A DNA stretch of 64,000 nt from Octopus bimaculoides (Eukaryota): contig NC_068983.1 in NCBI RefSeq assembly GCF_001194135.2, forward strand, positions 117,177,033 through 117,241,032. The letters run 5' to 3'. Numbering within the stretch: position 1 is the first letter of the stretch; every line of letters starts with the position of its first letter. Of this stretch, positions 1 to 13,627 are shown one piece after another. A program made the position numbers and the translations under genes. Below the pieces are notes generated by a model. The model saw nothing but the letters and a program-made list of their open reading frames with translations. It made no database searches and was not told the DNA's origin.

Positions 1-43
<43 letters not shown>

Positions 44-110
44 ACATGTATATATATATATATGTATGTGTGTGTATGTATGTACATATATGTATGTTTG
101 TGTATACATA
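1..110. repeat. (TA)n/(TG)n/(TATG)n compound microsatellite
   Basis: Directly visible simple repeats. Confidence 0.95.
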
Positions 111-126
111 TCGTTTATATAATACC

Positions 127-735
127 TAGATGTTTTAAATGACCATGTAATTTTTTCCCAAGTTGCGTTACATTGATAAGTTCAAATTTGAGAACGAAAT
201 AGATTTGAATTTATCTGCATCAACTTGCAACAAAAAACAAAATAGAATGAATTATTTAGAAGCATGATAGAATAAGTATATAAAAAAAGTCAAAAAACAC
301 AAACAAAGAAAGCAAAGATAAATGGGAGAAATAAATAAGTCCCTTGAAAGACTCGCAGAATCAAATCTTAAAGTCGTAACAGACTTTCGATCAACCAAAC
401 TCTCCTCTACTGATTTAGTAAAAGAAATAGAAAATACTCAGCGTATTTTGTATAGCTAATGGTAATCTCCCTTCTAAGTAACTCAAAGGCTTTTAATGCC
501 ATCCTCTCACATCTTTTATCCACTATTTAAAAAAGAAAAAGCAGAAAGTGAAGTCGATCGTTTATATAGTTCGTAGATGTTAAAAATGATCATGTAGTTT
601 TATCCCAACTTGCGGCGCATAGATAAGTTCCAATTTTAGAACGAAATATATCTAAAATTATCTGCACCTACTTGCAAAATAAAGAAAAGAATGAATTATA
701 AAGAAGCATAATAAAATAAGTATATATAAAAAAAG
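127..735. repeat. Two ~165-bp diverged direct repeats (about 127-290 and 574-735)
   Basis: Both begin TAGATGTT..AAATGA.CATGTA and end AGAAGCAT.ATA.AATAAGTATATA; roughly 75% identical by eye, with one 3-nt indel. Confidence 0.8.
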
Positions 736-1126
736 TAATTTCTCTGTCTCACTCTCTCTCTCTCTCTCTCTCTCCCTCTCTCTCCCTCTCTTTTACTCTC
801 TCTCTCTCTCTCCCTCTCTCTCACTCTCTTTTACTCTCTCTCTNNNNNNNNNNNNNNNNNNNNNNNNNNNNNNNNNNNNNNNNNNNNNNNNNNNNNNNNN
901 NNNNNNNNNNNNNNNNNNNNNNNNNNNNNNNNNNNNNNNNNNNNNNNNNNNNNNNNNNNNNNNNNNNNNNNNNNNNNNNNNNNNNNNNNNNNNNNNNNNN
1001 NNNNNNNNNNNNNNNNNNNNNNNNNNNNNNNNNNNNNNNNNNNNNNNNNNNNNNNNNNNNNNNNNNNNNNNNNNNNNNNNNNNNNNNNNNNNNNNNNNNN
1101 NNNNNNNNNNNNNNNNNNNNNNNNNN

Positions 1127-1190
<64 letters not shown>
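731..1190. repeat. (CT)n, N run, (TA)n(TG)n microsatellite block
   Basis: Visible; explains ORF-track entries 793..1203 and 821..1207. Confidence 0.95.
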
Positions 1191-1193
<3 letters not shown>

Positions 1194-1416
1194 TGAAACT
1201 CATACAATTACGCGTTCATGCTGGAATATCTGCTAGGAATTGCTGCCAAAAGTTCGAACCACCATTTTAATAACGGAAGGGCACATTTGATAAACTGCGT
1301 CAAGCCAAAAGGGGATGGTGATAGTTGAAACAAATTTGATCGTATGTTTGCATGAAGAATGCTGAATTTTATCTAAGCATCAACAACTGTCTACAGCTTC
1401 TCGACTTCAAAACACA

Positions 1417-1480
1417 CATACATACATACATACATACATACATACATACATACATACATACATACATACATACATACATA
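1417..1480. repeat. (CATA)n microsatellite
   Basis: Visible tetranucleotide repeat. Confidence 0.95.
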
Positions 1481-1703
1481 AATACACGCATACACAAAAA
1501 CATACATACAGACAAACGTGCATGCATAACCACATACATATATCCGTATTCTAATTTCAACTTTATAAACATATTACATGATATAGAAAATATAATTTAC
1601 ATTTAAAGTTAATATTTATCATTACACCATATTCATGTCGCTGCAATTTACAGTCGGAAACTGTTTTTGTTCCGGTGATCGTGCTAATGTTACATACACT
1701 AGA

Positions 1704-1765
<62 letters not shown>

Positions 1766-2236
1766 TATTGTTCGAATCAATATGTTGCCATTGTTTTTGT
1801 TATTATATTGAAACCGGTCTTTGGAGCTGTTGTTTATAGCCGTACTTTCTACGTTGTTGCATTGTTATAATTTTTTAGGGCATCGTTTATGTTTATCATA
1901 ATTTCATTTATTAGTTATTTCAGCAAACTTTAGCAACATTCTTCTTGCTTAATTGTATCATTTTGTTTTGAAATTTTCTAAATAATTAGTTGTGTTAATG
2001 AGTTTATGCTATTTCTGATACTTTCATTTTTATTAATTAATTTTAATTAATTAATTACTCAATTTATTTATGTGTTTTGCTTTGCTTCCATCGTTCGTAC
2101 GTCTAGGAGATGTATTTTCTTGTCGCTGAAACTGTTTACTGAGGCTATTTTTCTAGTAGAATTTTAAAAAGAATTCTGTGGTTACTTTGGAAATATGTTT
2201 TGTCTTTAGATTTGAATATCAAATATGAATTCAAAT

Positions 2237-2441
2237 TTTGGCATAAGGCCATTAGTTTCGGAACCGGGAGTAAATCAATTTCATCGACCACAGTGCTCGA
2301 CTGGTACTTATTTTATCGAACCCGAAAGGATGAAAGGCAAAGTCAACCTCGACGTAATTTGAACACAGGACGCAAAGATGGACGAAATGCCGTTAAGAAT
2401 TTTGTCCCACGTGCTAACAATTCTGTCTGGTCACCACCTTT
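2237..2441 (-). mobile_element. tRNA-derived SINE, type A
   Basis: Reverse complement matches the other type A copies: tRNA-like head, box-B-like GTTCAAAT, TTTGCCTTTCATCCTTTCGGG, AAGTACCAGT, GGCCTTATGCC tail. Confidence 0.85.
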
Positions 2442-2625
2442 GATTTGAAAACTTAATATACAGTACTCTTCAATAAATTTCATATCAAATGTTCGATATT
2501 CTTTCATATTTCGGGATGTAATTTTGGATTGCACGTTTAAGGGATAGGTCTCTGAATTCGCCAGATTTCTTCTTCTCTAATACTTTCTTTACAGCGCCAC
2601 TCCATTATTTGCCCCTTCTCCAGAT

Positions 2626-2657
<32 letters not shown>

Positions 2658-2796
2658 ACACACACATACACACACACACACACACAACCGCGCGCGCGGA
2701 TAAACGATAGTAGGCTCGCTGGCAAATCAACAACTGATTTATTGAAGCGTAATATCTTTTGTATATTTTCACTGAAGTTATAATCTTTTGCACTGT

Positions 2797-2993
2797 AGCC
2801 ACAGGGCCTTAAGTTTAGGAGGGGGATAGTCGATTACATCGACCCAGTACTTGACTGATACCTATTTGATCGACCCGAAGGGGTTACAGGAAGCCCACCT
2901 GGCGGGGGGATTTGAACTCAAAACGTAAAGACGGACGAAATCCCGCTAAGTATTTTGTCTGGCGTGCGAACGATTCTACAAGATTGCCGCCTT
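2797..2993 (-). mobile_element. tRNA-derived SINE, type A
   Basis: Same motifs: GGCGGCAATCTTGTAGAATCGTT head, GAGTTCAAAT, GGGTCGATGTAATCGACT. Confidence 0.85.
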
Positions 2994-3018
2994 ATAATTC
3001 CTAATTATAATATACATT

Positions 3019-3019
<1 letters not shown>

Positions 3020-3105
<86 letters not shown>
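3020..3105. repeat. (CT)n microsatellite
   Basis: Visible. Confidence 0.95.
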
Positions 3106-3111
<6 letters not shown>

Positions 3112-4231
3112 GTATCTATTTAGCTAGCTAGCTAATTATCAGATTATCTATCAGTATATCTTATGCATACACACATACAAATATGTACGCACCAGAACGT
3201 ATTTTTGTTCCGTAAGTGGCGTTGTTATTACTCCAACTGAAGGTCATCTTATATTTTCGGAGAGGACACAAAGTCGTGCCAAAGTAATGCTAGTCATGAG
3301 TTTGTTCTTCACTAGAAAAACATTTGAATATTAAAGATATATAGAGACCTACAATCGAACCTCACATTTTTCAGTTGCAGGATCGTACCACCAATAGATC
3401 CCCTTCGTGTCCTGCAGTCTTACTAACTCTCAGCCAATCAGCTCGCAGTGATATCATGTCGATTCATGAATATCACTTATGCACTTTTTGATGTATTACA
3501 ACAAAAGCCTGCCAAGAACAACCGCAGATATTGAGAGCTACTCCAGACAACACGTTGTCACTTCTTGCCAAAAATAGATTAGACTTTGTTGCGGGTACAC
3601 TCCCCTCTCAACAAAGAAGCAGATATGCACAATGCAACGCAGTCTTAACGAAGCAGTTAGCCGTTTACGGCGTTTAGTTTCCTTTGCTAAATCCAGCTAT
3701 AAATGAAGGGAATTATTCTACATAATACGAACAATTCTTCTCTGTTTCTCGAGCTTCACTTATCGTTGCTGTGTATATTTGTTACAAGCTCGATTCTAAT
3801 CTCCTACCACCAGCCAATAGAAATTTAAATTAATATGTACAATGAATATAATAGTATATCATATTATGTTCGCGTTTGTCATGTATGTATTGACGCAGCA
3901 CAGCCTAGCTTATAACAACAAATACCAATAACAACATATAACATGAAACCAGTGACAAAGGATGACAGGGATGATTACAAAGTATGGTGTATTGTTTCAC
4001 AGATATACAGATTAGAAACTAAACAAATATTTTATTACTAATACCTCACACAATATAATTCATCCGTCAGCAATATTTCGGATTAGATGCGGTTAACGTT
4101 AGCCAGAGTAAAAGTAAGCCCCTGATTTCATAACCTTTATGTTACTTTATCATAAAATATATGGCACGTTCATTACTTATGCTAACTCTTGAAAACTGTT
4201 GCAATTAGCTCAATTGATGCTCAGCTTCGAT

Positions 4232-5183
4232 CTACGAGGGGGTACCCAAAAGAAACTGGAAATTTACAATATTATTTTATTCATTTAGTTTTACATGTTT
4301 ACACGTTTAACGACTTCAAACTATTCTCCATTTGAAGCAATGCATCGGTCCAGGTGCATTTTCCACTCTCCGAAGCAGTGCTGCAACTCTTACGAAGTGA
4401 TGCTTTTAACGCCACCGTCGTTTTTTCTTCATCTCTTCCACATCTGCAAATTCCGTAGCACTAGCTTTTGTCATTCGGAAAATATCCAGATCAACTTCCA
4501 ACTGTTCTTTCAGTTCACGACACGCAAGCGAGGCACAAATTTTGCTGCAACTCTTTTCATCCACAATTCCTCGCTCAAAATTCGTCAGCAACAGCCCCAG
4601 GACATGCAAGTCATACCAACAACTTCGTCAATTGTTCGGTGACTGTCCTCCAAGATCAGTTCATGAATTTTCATGATATTTTCATTCGTTCGGGAGTTCG
4701 ACGGTTGTCCTGAACGATGTTGGTTTTGAAGCGACAAATGACCATTCCCAAAGTGTGGAAAATACTCGTAACCTTGTGTTTTGCTCATGACAGCATCCTT
4801 TTAAGTTGTTTGAAGTATGACAATTGTTTTGGTCGCCATTTCCCCCAGCAAAGAACAGAATTCCATGAAAATATACTGGCCCTTCGTTTCAGCCATCGCA
4901 AAAATCGACAAAAATGACATAGCCTGCATAGTCGAGCTAGTGGAGTTTTCAAGTTGGCCATTCGAATTTATAAAAGAAAAAGTAGGTGTGGACTAAAATA
5001 CGCAAATAACAAAAATAGACAAACATGGAAGTCTAATTTGTCGTTCAACGTTGTGACATTCAAAGGGTACTATGGACACAGGGGTGCCTGGGAGTATATT
5101 AAATTCGCCCAACCACAAAACATCTTAACGCTTCTAGAATCGGTAGGTAGTCAATCGTTTTCTTTTGTGGTAATCCCGTTTAA
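4232..5183 (-). mobile_element. Internally deleted mariner-family transposon
   Basis: Minus-strand frames give the HTH/N-terminus (..RSGQPSNSRTNENIMKIHELILED..RVAAKFVPRL) joined to the C-terminus (FADVEEMKK..WKMHLDRCIASNGE); the DDD core is missing. Left TIR TACGAGGGGGTACCCAAAAGAAA at 4232; degenerate complement near 5155-5183. Confidence 0.8.
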
Positions 5184-5869
5184 ATAAAGCTGCATTCAGC
5201 ATATATTCTTATTTACATATATGCAAATATGATGTACGATATAGGAATGCTTTCAAAGCGTAATAGCAACAGATTTCGTGAATTATATGTAGTTAAGAAG
5301 GAAAATTAGCGACGATTTTATCATTAAATGGCACTGATAAAAAGTTACAATAACAAATTCAGCAAGAACTACATAAACGGTGCAACCGTTGATTATACAA
5401 TATTTAGATTATACAATATTTAGCCTCTGTAGCTTTACATTTCTAAACTCTTCTGAAGTTATAAACTCAAATGAAAACGTGTCATTTTTGCAGTAATTAG
5501 CATAGTATCATCCAGTAATAAGAGATCATTTCAACGTGTCAAGACACACAATTTTAAATTTCTCCTACAATGCACAATGAGCTATTAAATCTGACTTCGC
5601 AATACGAAATCAATCTGTCAGTGACCCATTGCATTAACTAAAAAAGTATCTTTAGGAATTCCAGATTTGATTTATCTTGTGAGCAGTATAACGATATAGT
5701 TTCTGTTTCTGGTTTTGAAAGTTACTTTTGAGACAAAAACAGTAGAAAGCAAAGAGTTATTTACTTACTCCATACAAATACAAAATAGAAGACAATATGG
5801 AGAAAATAATAAACACAAAGTTATGAGCAGCATAAATTTTTATTATCTCATTGCTGCTCGCAATATTAA

Positions 5870-6406
5870 AGTATACAGAGTTTCATATTGCAACCGATTT
5901 TTCATGTTTCCTGCCAAAAAATAACTTCGTCTTTGTGAAATCCATAACTCCTCGTCTTCTTGACAACGATAGGTCTGGAAGTAGTATCCACATTGAGAAA
6001 GCCTCTTCCTACACTGACCGATTTGCAACCGGTTCGACACAGTACACACCGTTTGCCAACCTAATATAACTTTCCTATTCCTGCTTTATCTAGTTCTCTC
6101 TCCTGGTGGGAATACATCCACTTGCTTCAAACAACAAGGTCACCGGATCTAACAATATCCATCCAATTACATCCATCAAATATATAAATCTCTCACTCTC
6201 TACGGAGACGTACTCCAACATTTGGAAGCACTTTTCAAAGTGTCCCATCGGAAATAAAGGCAACCCCTCTAACTCAGCTAACTATCTTCATATTCCTTTC
6301 TTTTCGAGTATCAGTAAGGCAACAAAGACAGCATTAACATTGATATCCTTCAACTTGAATCTCTCTTTCTTTCCGTCTCTCTCTCTCGCCATCTTTCCTT
6401 CTTTCT

Positions 6407-6437
<31 letters not shown>

Positions 6438-7000
6438 ANNNNNNNNNNNNNNNNNNNNNNNNNNNNNNNNNNNNNNNNNNNNNNNNNNNNNNNNNNNNNN
6501 NNNNNNNNNNNNNNNNNNNNNNNNNNNNNNNNNNNNNNNNNNNNNNNNNNNNNNNNNNNNNNNNNNNNNNNNNNNNNNNNNNNNNNNNNNNNNNNNNNNN
6601 NNNNATATGTTTCTCTTTCTTTCTCTCTCTACTCTCTCTCTCCCTCCCTCTCTCTGTCTACTCATCAGAGATTGCCAGTTCGGCTTTTGCAGAGCCAGAG
6701 GTACTGCGTGCTCCGTATCGAGACTGGAAATCAAGTATCGAATTATTAAGTTGAAGTCATGATATAACAACAGTTTGTTCATGTAAGAAACCGAGTTATT
6801 GGGCATTCAGCAGCCAGACTTCACGAGACAGATAAACCTAGATCCTTCTGGAACTCTTCCTTTCAAGGCTATTTTGCAGTGCAAATTTTCACATTGCATG
6901 TTAATCTGCGAATTTGCTGCACATGCTCTCTCGTCTTTGTAGTTGTCGCGTTTACGACCGTCAGCTCAGCTTGGCTATGACGATTTAACTGGCCAAAGTG
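5870..7000 (+). mobile_element. Decayed APE-type LINE (CR1/L2/jockey-like) RT fragment interrupted by (CT)n and N
   Basis: KVTGSNNI..WKHFSKCPIGNKGNPSNSANY resembles K.xGPD.I..WK.A.V.PI.K.G..NYRP; DCQFGFCRARGT resembles Q.GFR..RST. Confidence 0.6.
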
Positions 7001-8039
7001 AATCTACTGTGAATATTTTCTCCTGTCTTGGCAAATTTCAGTACAGAGCATTTGTAATCAACTAATTAGGAATGATACAGAGTTATTTTTTCAATTGTAT
7101 TGACCTGACGTTGAAATTTTATAATTCATGATCAACTTAATTATTACTTGTGCGGTGAAATATTACTATTAAATGTTTGCTTGGTGTTATTATGTGATTC
7201 ACACGCAACTTAACGTGCGCATAACCATCTCAGCAACAGTTCCTTAGAGGTTTAGTGGCAAATACATCGAATTTCGCAGGGAAAATACGAGTCTCAATGG
7301 AAAACAACTAACTGCTCTGCTTCGAAAGATTTTTCGGATGAAGATAATTTCGCGAAATCCCTGGTCGAGCAACCATTTCAAGGGACATCGCAGGTTCGAA
7401 ATAAACTCCACAGACATGGAGGTATCGTCAGCCAGACCTGCCGGAGGTACTAGTCGGCCAACGAATCTGTTATGCTCGCATCAAACGTACCCGAACACTG
7501 CTGACATATGAAATTATGTCAGAAACGTATGAAACAGTATGAAGGATGCAGATATCAACTCAATATATTGTAAAAAAAATGTCTTGCCTCTATCCTATGG
7601 CCGGGAAGGGCAGGCGATCGAGACTGGTGGTTTGGTTAAAGATATTGTATAGCAGACGAGACTAGTGTGTATGATGAAAGTGAACGAACCACCTCTGAAG
7701 TGTAGACTGGAAGAGTGCTGGCAGAAGACCTTAGTGCTTAAGATCACCATGGTTTCGAGGAATTTCCATGAAAGGTTATTGGAGTTCTCTGTATTGAGGA
7801 AGTTTTCTTATTTAAAATATTTGTAGTTAGCATATCGATTTAATTATATTCTATTTACATGCAAAATTTTCTGTTTTAACCACCCTAATATTTGTAATAC
7901 CTTCGATTGTTTTTGTGAGCTTTGATAGCTAATAATGAAAGCATTGTTATTATAGTTGTTTCTTTACATTCTGAGCTCAAATGCCGTCGAAGTTAACTCA
8001 GTTGAACAAAATACTTAGTGGTATTGATTCCTCTTTATT

Positions 8040-8195
8040 ATGTCTTGAGTTCAAATACCACCAAGGTCAACTTTGTTTTTCATTCTTTTGGGGTCAATAA
8101 AGTAAGTACCAGTTGAGTAATGAGGTCTATATAATCGATTTTCAAATCTCTTGAAAATCGCTGACCTTGTGTCAAAATTAGAAATAATTATTATA
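8040..8195 (+). mobile_element. SINE type A, 5'-truncated (second fragment near 7965-8000)
   Basis: GAGTTCAAATACCACCAAGGTCAACTTTG..GGGGTCAATAAAGTAAGTACCAGTTGAG..GACCTTGTG. Confidence 0.75.
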
Positions 8196-8769
8196 ATTAG
8201 AACTGTTGTTGTTGTCGTTATATCGATGTATTAGCAACATTGGTTGAGAACCAGGCAAAATTGCATCCCATATTTGCTACGGATTTCTGCGGCCATAGTT
8301 CAAAACCTGTCGGGGTCAACATTCTCTTTCATTATTCCGTGGCCAATAAAATGCTTGGGTCGCTTTAATCCACTGAACTCTTCCCACTAAACTTCAGGAC
8401 TTGTGCATATATTAGAAATAATCAAGTTTGGTCGATTTGTACAAACGTTATAGTCCAGTAAATGTACACCAGGACCCACCGATAATTGCAACAGCAATGA
8501 AACCAGTGTTATTTGTCTTGGATACAGATTTCTTATAACATACTAAAAGTTCCAAAGAATCGTCGGAGTGGAACATGGGGAAATAACAGAATGCAAATGC
8601 ATCAGTATTTTGCCATGTTTTAAATTGGCGCAAATCTTTAAATGGCCATAACTTAACCAATGAAGATAATCCAAAATGAAAAATACTTTTACCCATGTTT
8701 TCATGGTTAATCTTTCAAGTAAAAGTGTTAAAAATGAGGTACCCCACCATAAAGTTAGAAATGACTTAC

Positions 8770-8872
8770 CTCCACTCCGCTTCCGCACACACATATACGT
8801 CCATAATAAAATTGTTTACCACAAGATAAAACACAACTCTTAATCCCAAGTGCTTTCGTTTAAATTGATCAT
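8770..8872 (-). CDS. Candidate internal coding exon (103 nt, phase 1 in, phase 2 out) with a hydrophobic helix: DQFKRKHLGLRVVFYLVVNNFIMDVYVCAEAEW
   Basis: Minus strand: acceptor ttttattttatttctttcttatcaccAG, donor GAG|GTAAGT; only one frame is open. Weak by-eye resemblance to otopetrin TM segments; unverified. Confidence 0.45.
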
Positions 8873-8919
8873 CTGGTGATAAGAAAGAAATAAAATAAAA
8901 TACCTAGACACAAGTATAT

Positions 8920-10972
8920 GCTCTACAGTAAAAGCTTACAGTCCACAATGTCCGTCAGTCCGCTTACCATTTTTTTGTCAGATTTAGCTGTTATCTCCAT
9001 CCTCAACATTATCCATAGTCGTCGTTCTGACAAACACTTCTGCACCCAGAACAAGCAGATGAGCATAGAAACCCATGCCTCCGGCAGCTACAGCGCAGCG
9101 TCCCGCAACCTGACTTGCAGGCACACCGCAGTAAAATCAACAACGACTGTGGTGCAGGGGCAAGGTCAGAGATGACTGGTTTCGAAGTTCCATCTGAGAG
9201 CTTCCATTCCCAGTCTTCAGCATTCAGTGTGTCCTCCTGCCACTCTTGCCACTCTTCGACTTGATGGTAGACACGCAGGTTGTGGTACTTCGTAGCTGCT
9301 GATATGGGTGTCAGCATATTAGGAAGAACTGCCTAATTTCTCTCGATGATAAGAGCTTGGAATCCCAGCGACATCTAACATCATCGAGGGAGTCGCTGGG
9401 GTTCCACTTATAGACAATGGCCATTTCCTTCTCACCAGCCGTGATGATGTCGTCCTTTGTTGCCATTTTACTCCTGAATACCTCCGCCTGTTTCCGAAAT
9501 GCCTTGCTGTCTTGAATAAGTTTGTAACCTGCAGCCTTCCCGATACCAAAAACACTGGATGTGGTATCACACTCCAAGAAAGCATGCACAAAGAGAATAT
9601 GCCTGCAAACCTGGACCCCAAGCTTATGCTTGATCGAATTAACACCCACGCACCTGACTTATGCTCCTTTCTGTGGTTCAGGTCGGAAGTGGGTGTCATC
9701 TTTGTCCTCTCCTGCAAGGTGGATGAGGAGAACAAGTAGGCCTGTGTCATCTCCGACTAAAACAGTTTCTCTGTCCTCACAGATTCTTACTGCAGTTTAG
9801 ACAATAAGAGTATCTGCATCTCCTCTGGCATGGATAACTTCACAGCTTTCTTTGACCAGGGCATCTCCCGAAAGCTCAAGAAAGCGTTGTCTCTTCTCTT
9901 GGTTTGAGAGGAATTCCTTTTTTAACTGCAGCTTCGTGGACAAATAGAATGTCACCTTCCTACCCTCACACTCCACTCGGCGCTGATGTGTGCTGTCTTT
10001 TGTTCAAGGTCCCACCTCATAAACATCGAACACAACCGCTGCCTCATAGTATTTTGCAACATATCTTGTAACATTTCCATGAAATGCGATGGAGAAGAGC
10101 ACATTCATCAAGGACGTATGTGATACTGTTATATAGTTCTGAGTTGTGTGGTACCTTCGACCAAATGGCATCAGCCAGTTGTGGCTTTAAGAATTTCAGG
10201 AGCTTTTCCTTTCCTCCTAACAAGACAGGTGGATAGTTGCAGAGTTCATAGGTGAGGGTATTCAGAAGATCATTTGCCTGAGATCCTGCAATGATGAGTC
10301 GTTGAAACAGAAGACGATCATCATTACATCCTCATCACCTATCCTGACTGCCGACTTAGAGTCAAAAGTTCCAGCTTGGGCTTTCCTTTTGAATCTGTAC
10401 TTAAGCTCATCTCCAACCATTTCATTAAGAGTGTCATATCCGATCCTTTTTGCATCATCCACATTAACCTCAGAATCAGCCGATATTCAGCTGACTATGT
10501 TGCGGACGGATGAGTCTGCTTCGAATGGAGACTTCCAGTTAATGAAGGGTAGCAATTTGCTACAGGCACTATTGTCCCTTGTTTGCCGAGCTTGTGATAT
10601 GTCTTTATGTGGTTCACTTGTCTTATAAGTGATGAATGTCAGCTGTTGCAATGCCATGCTTACTTCTTCACAGACTGGCCTTAAAAGACACCACACCAGT
10701 CTTTGGGCTTCCGCCATTCCCTTCTCTCTGGTCAGACCGCCACTCGTCTTCAGACTTCTCATTAGTACCTGGAGACAACCCTGCCCAAAATCGGTCAATC
10801 GTCCTGACTACATATTAGAGCGTTAGACAGAATGCTTTGCAGAATTTGTTCCGGTTCTATTCACTGAGTTCAAATTCTTCCAAGTTCAAAATTGCCATTC
10901 AAGTACTGAGGTCAATTTAATCAGCTAAACCTTTTTACCAAATGTCAGGCTTGTATATGAAAAAACCTACTA
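8920..10972 (-). mobile_element. Academ-type (AcademX-like) DNA transposon remnant: XPG/PIN-like nuclease plus C-terminal Cys-rich domain, frameshifted
   Basis: Frames give LMRSLKTSGGLT.., FKRKAQ, GDADTLIV (PIN acidic motif), HAFLECDTTSSVFGIGK (H3TH-like), YHNLRVYHQV..WEW and LRCACKSGCGTLRCSCRRHGFLCSSACSGC. XPG plus Cys8 finger is the described Academ architecture. The N-terminal part is missing; no convincing TIR pair; boundaries approximate. Confidence 0.65.
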
Positions 10973-10985
10973 ATATAGGTTTTAA

Positions 10986-11193
10986 ATTTTGGCATAAGGC
11001 CAGTAGTTTCGGATAAAAAGATAAGTCAATTACATTGACCACAGCATTTAAATGGTATATATTTTATCGACGCCGAAAAGATGAAAGGCAAAGTAGACCT
11101 CAGCGGAATTTGAATTCAAAACGCAGAGACGGACGAAATACCACTAACACACTTTACCTGGTTTGCTAATGCTTCTACCAGCTCGACACCTTA
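10986..11193 (-). mobile_element. SINE type A
   Basis: Full-length motif match (GAGCTGGTAGAAGCATTAGC head, GAATTCAAATTCCGCTGAGG). Confidence 0.85.
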
Positions 11194-11460
11194 GAAGCCT
11201 ATTAATATTATCAACAGATTTTATGTGCTTCTGTACAATCATTCTGTACAATCATTCAATCCAATGTACCTGCCTGTTTCAGATTTATGTGCAGCTTTAT
11301 CTTCTGTAGGATTGTTTGAATTGCTTTCCACAAAGAGCAGCTGGTTTATAATTTATCTGTTGCATTTCTAACAGTTCGTGGTTTCATTGAATTTTTGCTG
11401 TTTTCCTTTTTACTGTCAGTGCTTGGAAAACAAACAGCTGGTATTGCGTCCCTAAAAATT

Positions 11461-11491
<31 letters not shown>

Positions 11492-12496
11492 NNNNNNNNN
11501 NNNNNNNNNNNNNNNNNNNNNNNNNNNNNNNNNNNNNNNNNNNNNNNNNNNNNGTATTAGTTTTAATTATATATTTTTTTCTTCTTTCACGCAGCTCTTT
11601 TTCATATTGGCTTGGTGTACCATATTAGATTTGGAGATGACTTCTTGGATGGCACATAGCAAATTTCTAAGGTGTGACGCGATTTCAATAGCTTTTCTTC
11701 AGTTATTGCATGTCACGTAATTTTTGTTTTTTGCTTTTTTGTTTCTTTTATTTTTGCTTTCGATAAATGCCTGATTTACCGATAGACACATTTCTGGAAT
11801 CCTTCTTTCTCATTTGGGATGATATTTCTTTCTAGAGAATCATTTAGCCTGTTATAGAGTATAAATTTAAGGATATTTTCATCTTCGCTTTTGTCTTCTG
11901 CACAACTCGATATCTCGTACGTCTCTTCTGTTGACAAAAAAACGTTACAGGCCTGTAGTATGGGAGGTCTCTGGAGCTTATGATTTAGAACGTCATTATT
12001 GTAACCATTCAGGTGTCAATTCTGGTCTGTTCACTAATTCATTGAATTCTATAGCTACAAATTCATGAATACTGATTAGCAGTTGCAACCAGAAATTGAG
12101 AACTTCCTTAATCCCAAGAGCTTTCCAGTTACCTGTAGCGTTTATTGTATTGTAACTTTTTTTGTTAACTATAATGGGCCAAGTTTGTTATAGTTTACTC
12201 TCCCTTTTCATTTCTATTATGTTTTTATTTTTATTTGCACAGAATATTTTCGCTTCATGATGTTTGAAATTTCGTTCAAGTTGACGTGTCATCGAATGTC
12301 ATATTTATTATTTATTCTGCTGTATTTATTTATGTATTTATGCATTTTTTTGTATTAATATCTGTAATATTGTTTGGAATTTTTGAGCAACATTTTACAA
12401 CAAAGTCCGTCAATATTACCTGTTTTAACCGAAAGATTTTCTAAAACTTGCCTGTTAGATATTGAGTAACTTTTTCAATATAGATTTTGATGGGGA

Positions 12497-12672
12497 GGTA
12501 AGGTGGCAGAATCGTTAGCACGCCGCATAAATGCTTAGCAGTATTTCCTCCCTGAGTTCAAATTCCGTCAAGCTCAACTTTTCCTTTCGGAGTCGATAAA
12601 ATAAGTACTGAGATTTGATATAATCGACTTACCCCTCTCCCGCAATTGCTGACCTTGTGCCAAAACTATTAT
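12497..12672 (+). mobile_element. SINE type A (internal deletion)
   Basis: GGTGGCAGAATCGTTAGCACGCC..GAGTTCAAATTCC..GACCTTGTGCC, (ATT) tail. Confidence 0.85.
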
Positions 12673-13627
12673 TATACTAATCAATATATATTTCGATAAA
12701 TTATTTTCCAAACGACTTCACTTCCAGTTCTCTGATTTATACCTTTTCATTCCTTGCCAGTTTAACTTGATATTTTTTCTCTTCGCTTTCCTTTAGAGTT
12801 CACTGCCTTCCTAGTGTGTATTTTAGCTGTGGCTGGATATCTGGTTTGGTGTTTTTTTTATGGCAACATGTTCGATCATAAACGCCATTTACGGTTTTAC
12901 GTGTTTTTACCCTCCTCATTTTTGTCTTGTTTTGATGCTTGTTTATTTGATTTGAGGCAGTGTTCAACCTCAGTTACGATACACCTAGCCGTAACCGTAG
13001 TGTTTCGTTTCCTTGTACTTGCTTATGGATAACTATTTGGTCCATTACACTCACGTGTTGCTTCGTCGTCTTCTTGATTTTAAAGAAGAGTCACACACTT
13101 CCATAGACCAAGCCAATGTATTATCTGTAGAACATACCCTAGAACATGTAACTGTAGCTTCTAGGTATATGAAAGCACCTTACCCTGGTTTTATGCATTG
13201 TGTTTAGAACCAGAAATATTTCACCAACCTTCCTTTCCTTTTACAGTGCATAACCCTCGAGCTATAATGCACTAGATTCATAAAACTCTTCACCCTTTCA
13301 TTTGTTTGTTTCCATCTTCAGCCAATAATATTTTCAGACTCACAAGATTGGTATTTTTCATATTTAGCGAAGCACCAATTTTATTGGGAAGGTGTAGCTA
13401 CCTTTTTGCTTTCTTTTTTTTTTTTTTTCATATTTTATTTTTTTCAAAGATAAAGAAAAGCATCTGCCTGTACAACACGTTATTTGCATTTTCTTTTTAT
13501 GTTAAAGTCTTACAGTCTGCTAAATATTTTACGACGTAGTAAGACACTCCTAAAGATGCTTCTTCGAGCATCTTTACAAATATTTGTTGCTAATTGTATG
13601 ATATTATAATAATATTTGTTCAAAATG

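Noticed and set aside
1795-1825. GAAACCGGTC hammerhead 3' halves here and at about 27378
   Set aside because: No recognisable CUGANGA with a matching stem I upstream; at most very decayed relics.
13551-13576. 10-bp perfect hairpin TAAAGATGCT/AGCATCTTTA as a terminator or ribozyme
   Set aside because: Eukaryotic context, no catalytic core; an isolated hairpin of this size is not informative.
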